DNA from: Desulfotalea psychrophila LSv54 | Lineage (GTDB): Bacteria > Desulfobacterota > Desulfobulbia > Desulfobulbales > Desulfocapsaceae | Assembly: GCF_000025945.1 (NCBI RefSeq) | Contig: NC_006138.1 | Span: forward strand, 2,430,001 to 2,462,000 | Direction of reading: 5' to 3' | DNA: 32,000 nucleotides | In this document: one piece after another, positions 29,595 to 32,000 of the stretch | Layout: every line of letters begins with the position of its first letter | How positions within the stretch are numbered: the stretch's first letter is position 1 | Program-made: the position numbers and the translations under genes | The notes under the pieces: model-generated | Told to the model about the DNA's origin: nothing | The model's database searches: none | Seen by the model: only the letters and a program-made list of their open reading frames with translations

Positions 29595-30347
29595 ATGAGT
29601 ATAGATATTACAGTAAAGATCTGGAGACAGCAGAACAGCGAGAGCGTTGGAGACTTTGAGAGCTATGACCTGCAGGGAATTGACACCGATATGTCTTTTC
29701 TGGAGATGCTCGATGTACTGAACGAGGATCTCACCAAAAAGGCCATCGAACCGGTAGCCTTTGACCATGACTGTCGCGAAGGCATCTGTGGTATGTGTGG
29801 GGCAGTAGTTAACGGTATCGCCCATGGCCCAGAGAAGAAGACCACCCTCTGTCAACTCCATATGCGTCATTTTGAAAGCGGTGACACCATCGTTATTGAG
29901 CCCTTTCGCTCCAAGGTGTTCACCATCAAGAAAGATCTCATTGTTGACCGTTCAGCACTTGATAGAATCATGCAGGCAGGTGGTTTTGTCTCCGTCAACA
30001 CCGGTGGTACACCCGATGGCAACGCCATTCCCATCGCCTCTGTAAAGGCAGAGCTGGCCATGGATGCAGCTGCCTGTATCGGTTGCGGTGCCTGTGTGGC
30101 AAGTTGTCCTAATGGGGCGGCCATGCTCTTTACCAGCGCCAAGGTATCTCAGCTGTGCCTCCTGCCCCAGGGAGAGCCGGAAAGAAAACGACGTGCCCTG
30201 TCTATGCTTGAAGCCATGGATAAGGAAGGATTTGGTAACTGTACCAATGCCCGTGAATGTGAAATGCAGTGCCCGAAGGGTATTGATATTCGCAATATTG
30301 CCCGCTTGAACCATGAGTATATTAGGGCTGCTTTCAGTCAGGGATAG
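29595..30347 (+). CDS. sdhB: Succinate dehydrogenase/fumarate reductase iron-sulfur subunit
   Basis: CREGICGMCGAVVNG...CQL ([2Fe-2S]), CIGCGACVASCP and CTNARECEMQCPKGI motifs. Confidence 0.96.
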   Translation: MSIDITVKIWRQQNSESVGDFESYDLQGIDTDMSFLEMLDVLNEDLTKKAIEPVAFDHDCREGICGMCGAVVNGIAHGPEKKTTLCQLHMRHFESGDTIVIEPFRSKVFTIKKDLIVDRSALDRIMQAGGFVSVNTGGTPDGNAIPIASVKAELAMDAAACIGCGACVASCPNGAAMLFTSAKVSQLCLLPQGEPERKRRALSMLEAMDKEGFGNCTNARECEMQCPKGIDIRNIARLNHEYIRAAFSQG

Positions 30348-30369
30348 TTCTTTGCCCTGATTGAGTTCA

Positions 30370-30411
30370 AAAGCCATTTCAATGCTTCGGCCTTGAAATG
30401 GCTTTTTTTTT
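30370..30411 (+). terminator. Rho-independent terminator after sdhB
   Basis: aaagccatttcaa-tgcttcggcc-ttgaaatggcttttttttt. Confidence 0.9.
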
Positions 30412-30592
30412 GTCCCGGTCTTAGCAAAGGTTGAAAAATATCCCCTTCTTTAATTTTCTGCGTTATATTGAAAAATTCATCCAAAAAAATAGGTCTATCT
30501 GGCCAGTATTTATTACACAGACTTTATAGTTTGGACCCTGGCTGATTTTAGCAACCCTACACCTGAGTCTTTAGTGATTAGAGAGCACCAGC

Positions 30593-31651
30593 ATGGAATT
30601 TTTCGATATCGTCATAATCGGGGCAGGCCCGGCAGGACTTGCCTGTGCAAAAGAGGCAGGTAAGCGGGGCTACTCTGTCCTTGTTTTAGAGCGTAATGGC
30701 CAAATTGGTCGCAAGGTCTGTGCCGGTGGCATTACCTGGAACGGCCTTATGCGACATATGCCGGGCTTTGCCACCGAGAGAGACTTTGCCAAACAACATC
30801 TCTTCAGCCGCTACCAGTCCTGTTGCATTGAAGCAGATCATCCCATTGTTGCCACCCTTAATCGGGAACATTTGGGCAGGAGCATGGCCGAACAGGCGCA
30901 AGAGGCCGGAGCCGTTATTCGCACGGAAGAACAGGCCCTGCAGATAGGGGCTGAAAAAATAACTGTCCGGGAGAGAAAAACAGGAAGGGACTATAGCGTA
31001 GCCTTTAAATATCTGGTCGGGGCGGACGGATCTTCCTCCCTGGTGAGACGGTATTTGGGCCAGCCGGTAAAGCATATAGGCCTTGGTCTCAATTTTCAGA
31101 TCAGGGGCAGGGCCGAGAAGATGGAGTGGCATCTGCGCCCCGATCTCTTTGTTAACGGCTATGCCTGGATCTTTCCCCACCAGAATACCATCTCCATTGG
31201 CGCCTATGCAGATAGGAGTATTTTTTCGCCTACAGAGTTGAAGAGACGTTTCCTTGTCTGGGCCAAAGCTCAGGGCTATGGGCTGGAGCAGGAGAGGTGT
31301 ACGGCGGGATATATTAACTACGACTATCGGGGCTATCGCTTTGGCTCGGATAATAATATCTTCCTCACAGGAGATGCGGCGGGTCTGGCCTCGGGACTTA
31401 CCGGCGAGGGTATCTATCCGGCAATTGTCTCCGGTATTGCCGTGGCAGAAGAGATCGCTGGCTGCAAAGACCACCCCGAATTAGAGGCAGTCATTAAGAG
31501 TCAGAGGATGCAGCGCCGAATTTTGGATATCAGCGGCAGAGGTCAAGTGCTTGCCACCCTGCTCTCGGAGGCAATGACCCTTGGTATGCGCAGTAAAATT
31601 TTAAAATTTGATACAGTTGAAATGGCTGGGACATCATCCATAAAAAAGTGA
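30593..31651 (+). CDS. Geranylgeranyl-reductase-family FAD-dependent oxidoreductase
   Basis: DIVIIGAGPAGLACAKEAGKRGYSVLVLERN, CAGGITWNGL, YLVGADGSSSLVRRYL, NIFLTGDAAGLASGLTGEGIYPAIVSG. Confidence 0.9.
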   Translation: MEFFDIVIIGAGPAGLACAKEAGKRGYSVLVLERNGQIGRKVCAGGITWNGLMRHMPGFATERDFAKQHLFSRYQSCCIEADHPIVATLNREHLGRSMAEQAQEAGAVIRTEEQALQIGAEKITVRERKTGRDYSVAFKYLVGADGSSSLVRRYLGQPVKHIGLGLNFQIRGRAEKMEWHLRPDLFVNGYAWIFPHQNTISIGAYADRSIFSPTELKRRFLVWAKAQGYGLEQERCTAGYINYDYRGYRFGSDNNIFLTGDAAGLASGLTGEGIYPAIVSGIAVAEEIAGCKDHPELEAVIKSQRMQRRILDISGRGQVLATLLSEAMTLGMRSKILKFDTVEMAGTSSIKK

Positions 31652-31657
31652 ATATTT

Positions 31658-31942
31658 ATGAAGAATAAAACAGTTGGCAGGGGCAAGAACAGACTCCTCC
31701 TTAATATAATCTTTGGTGTTTTTTGCGCAGGCGTCCTGGCCTTTTTACTAAGCGCTCCAGAGAAGAGCACCTCTCCCCTGCCCATGGACAGCGATCACAA
31801 ACGTTTCTATAGCATGAAAAAGAAGGAGGCGGAGCAGTACTGTATGTCGTGCCATGGACCTGCCAAGGAAAATGCCCTTTCCGCTGAACATCCGTCAAAG
31901 TTCCGCTGTCTCTTCTGCCATACCCGACCGGTGCAGAAATAG
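31658..31942 (+). CDS. Small membrane-anchored/secreted di-haem c-type cytochrome-like protein
   Basis: N-terminal hydrophobic helix and two CxxCH sites (YCMSCHG, CLFCHT); starts 6 nt after the previous gene. Confidence 0.75.
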   Translation: MKNKTVGRGKNRLLLNIIFGVFCAGVLAFLLSAPEKSTSPLPMDSDHKRFYSMKKKEAEQYCMSCHGPAKENALSAEHPSKFRCLFCHTRPVQK

Positions 31943-32000
31943 TGAAACGACAGCTATCAGACTACAGCTATAGCAGTGGAGCGTAGTGGAATGGCGAGCT

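Noticed and set aside
27522-30377. Minus-strand ORFs opposite sdhA/sdhB (27522-27917, 28347-28916, 29055-29537, 29952-30377) and overlapping plus-strand alternate-frame ORFs
   Set aside because: Shadow frames of the highly conserved sdhAB genes.
1-32000. CRISPR arrays, tRNA/rRNA genes, IS elements or integrases
   Set aside because: No regularly spaced direct repeats, no tRNA/rRNA-like segments recognised, and no transposase or integrase motif in the ORFs.

Overview
Ordinary-looking bacterial chromosome window, possibly deltaproteobacterial (taxonomy is inference only). Supported content, left to right: exported multi-rhodanese protein plus small membrane protein; flavodiiron protein (-); frame-disrupted Cys-rich ORF remnant; TetR / MFP / RND / OMF efflux operon (-); SPL-like radical SAM enzyme (-); CHASE4-like/HAMP/PAS/GGDEF diguanylate cyclase (-); 1500-aa autotransporter (-); a compact + strand sulfur/metalloid-type locus (Cys-rich MarR-type regulator, ArsP/DUF318-type permease, small CC peptide(s), tandem rhodanese pair with one lacking the catalytic Cys, TauE/SafE permease); a decayed SpoIIE/PP2C-type phosphatase tail; DUF445 protein and HAD phosphatase (-); succinate dehydrogenase/fumarate reductase CAB operon, geranylgeranyl-reductase-like flavoprotein and small di-haem protein (+). 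The most interesting candidate is 20582-24106: three near-identical 17-bp palindromes (GGTTGACG-N-CGTCAACC type) flank the regulator gene and precede the permease, defining a probable autoregulated regulon that resembles known persulfide/sulfite stress operons in content but has a different regulator, a different permease and unusual Cys-tailed proteins.
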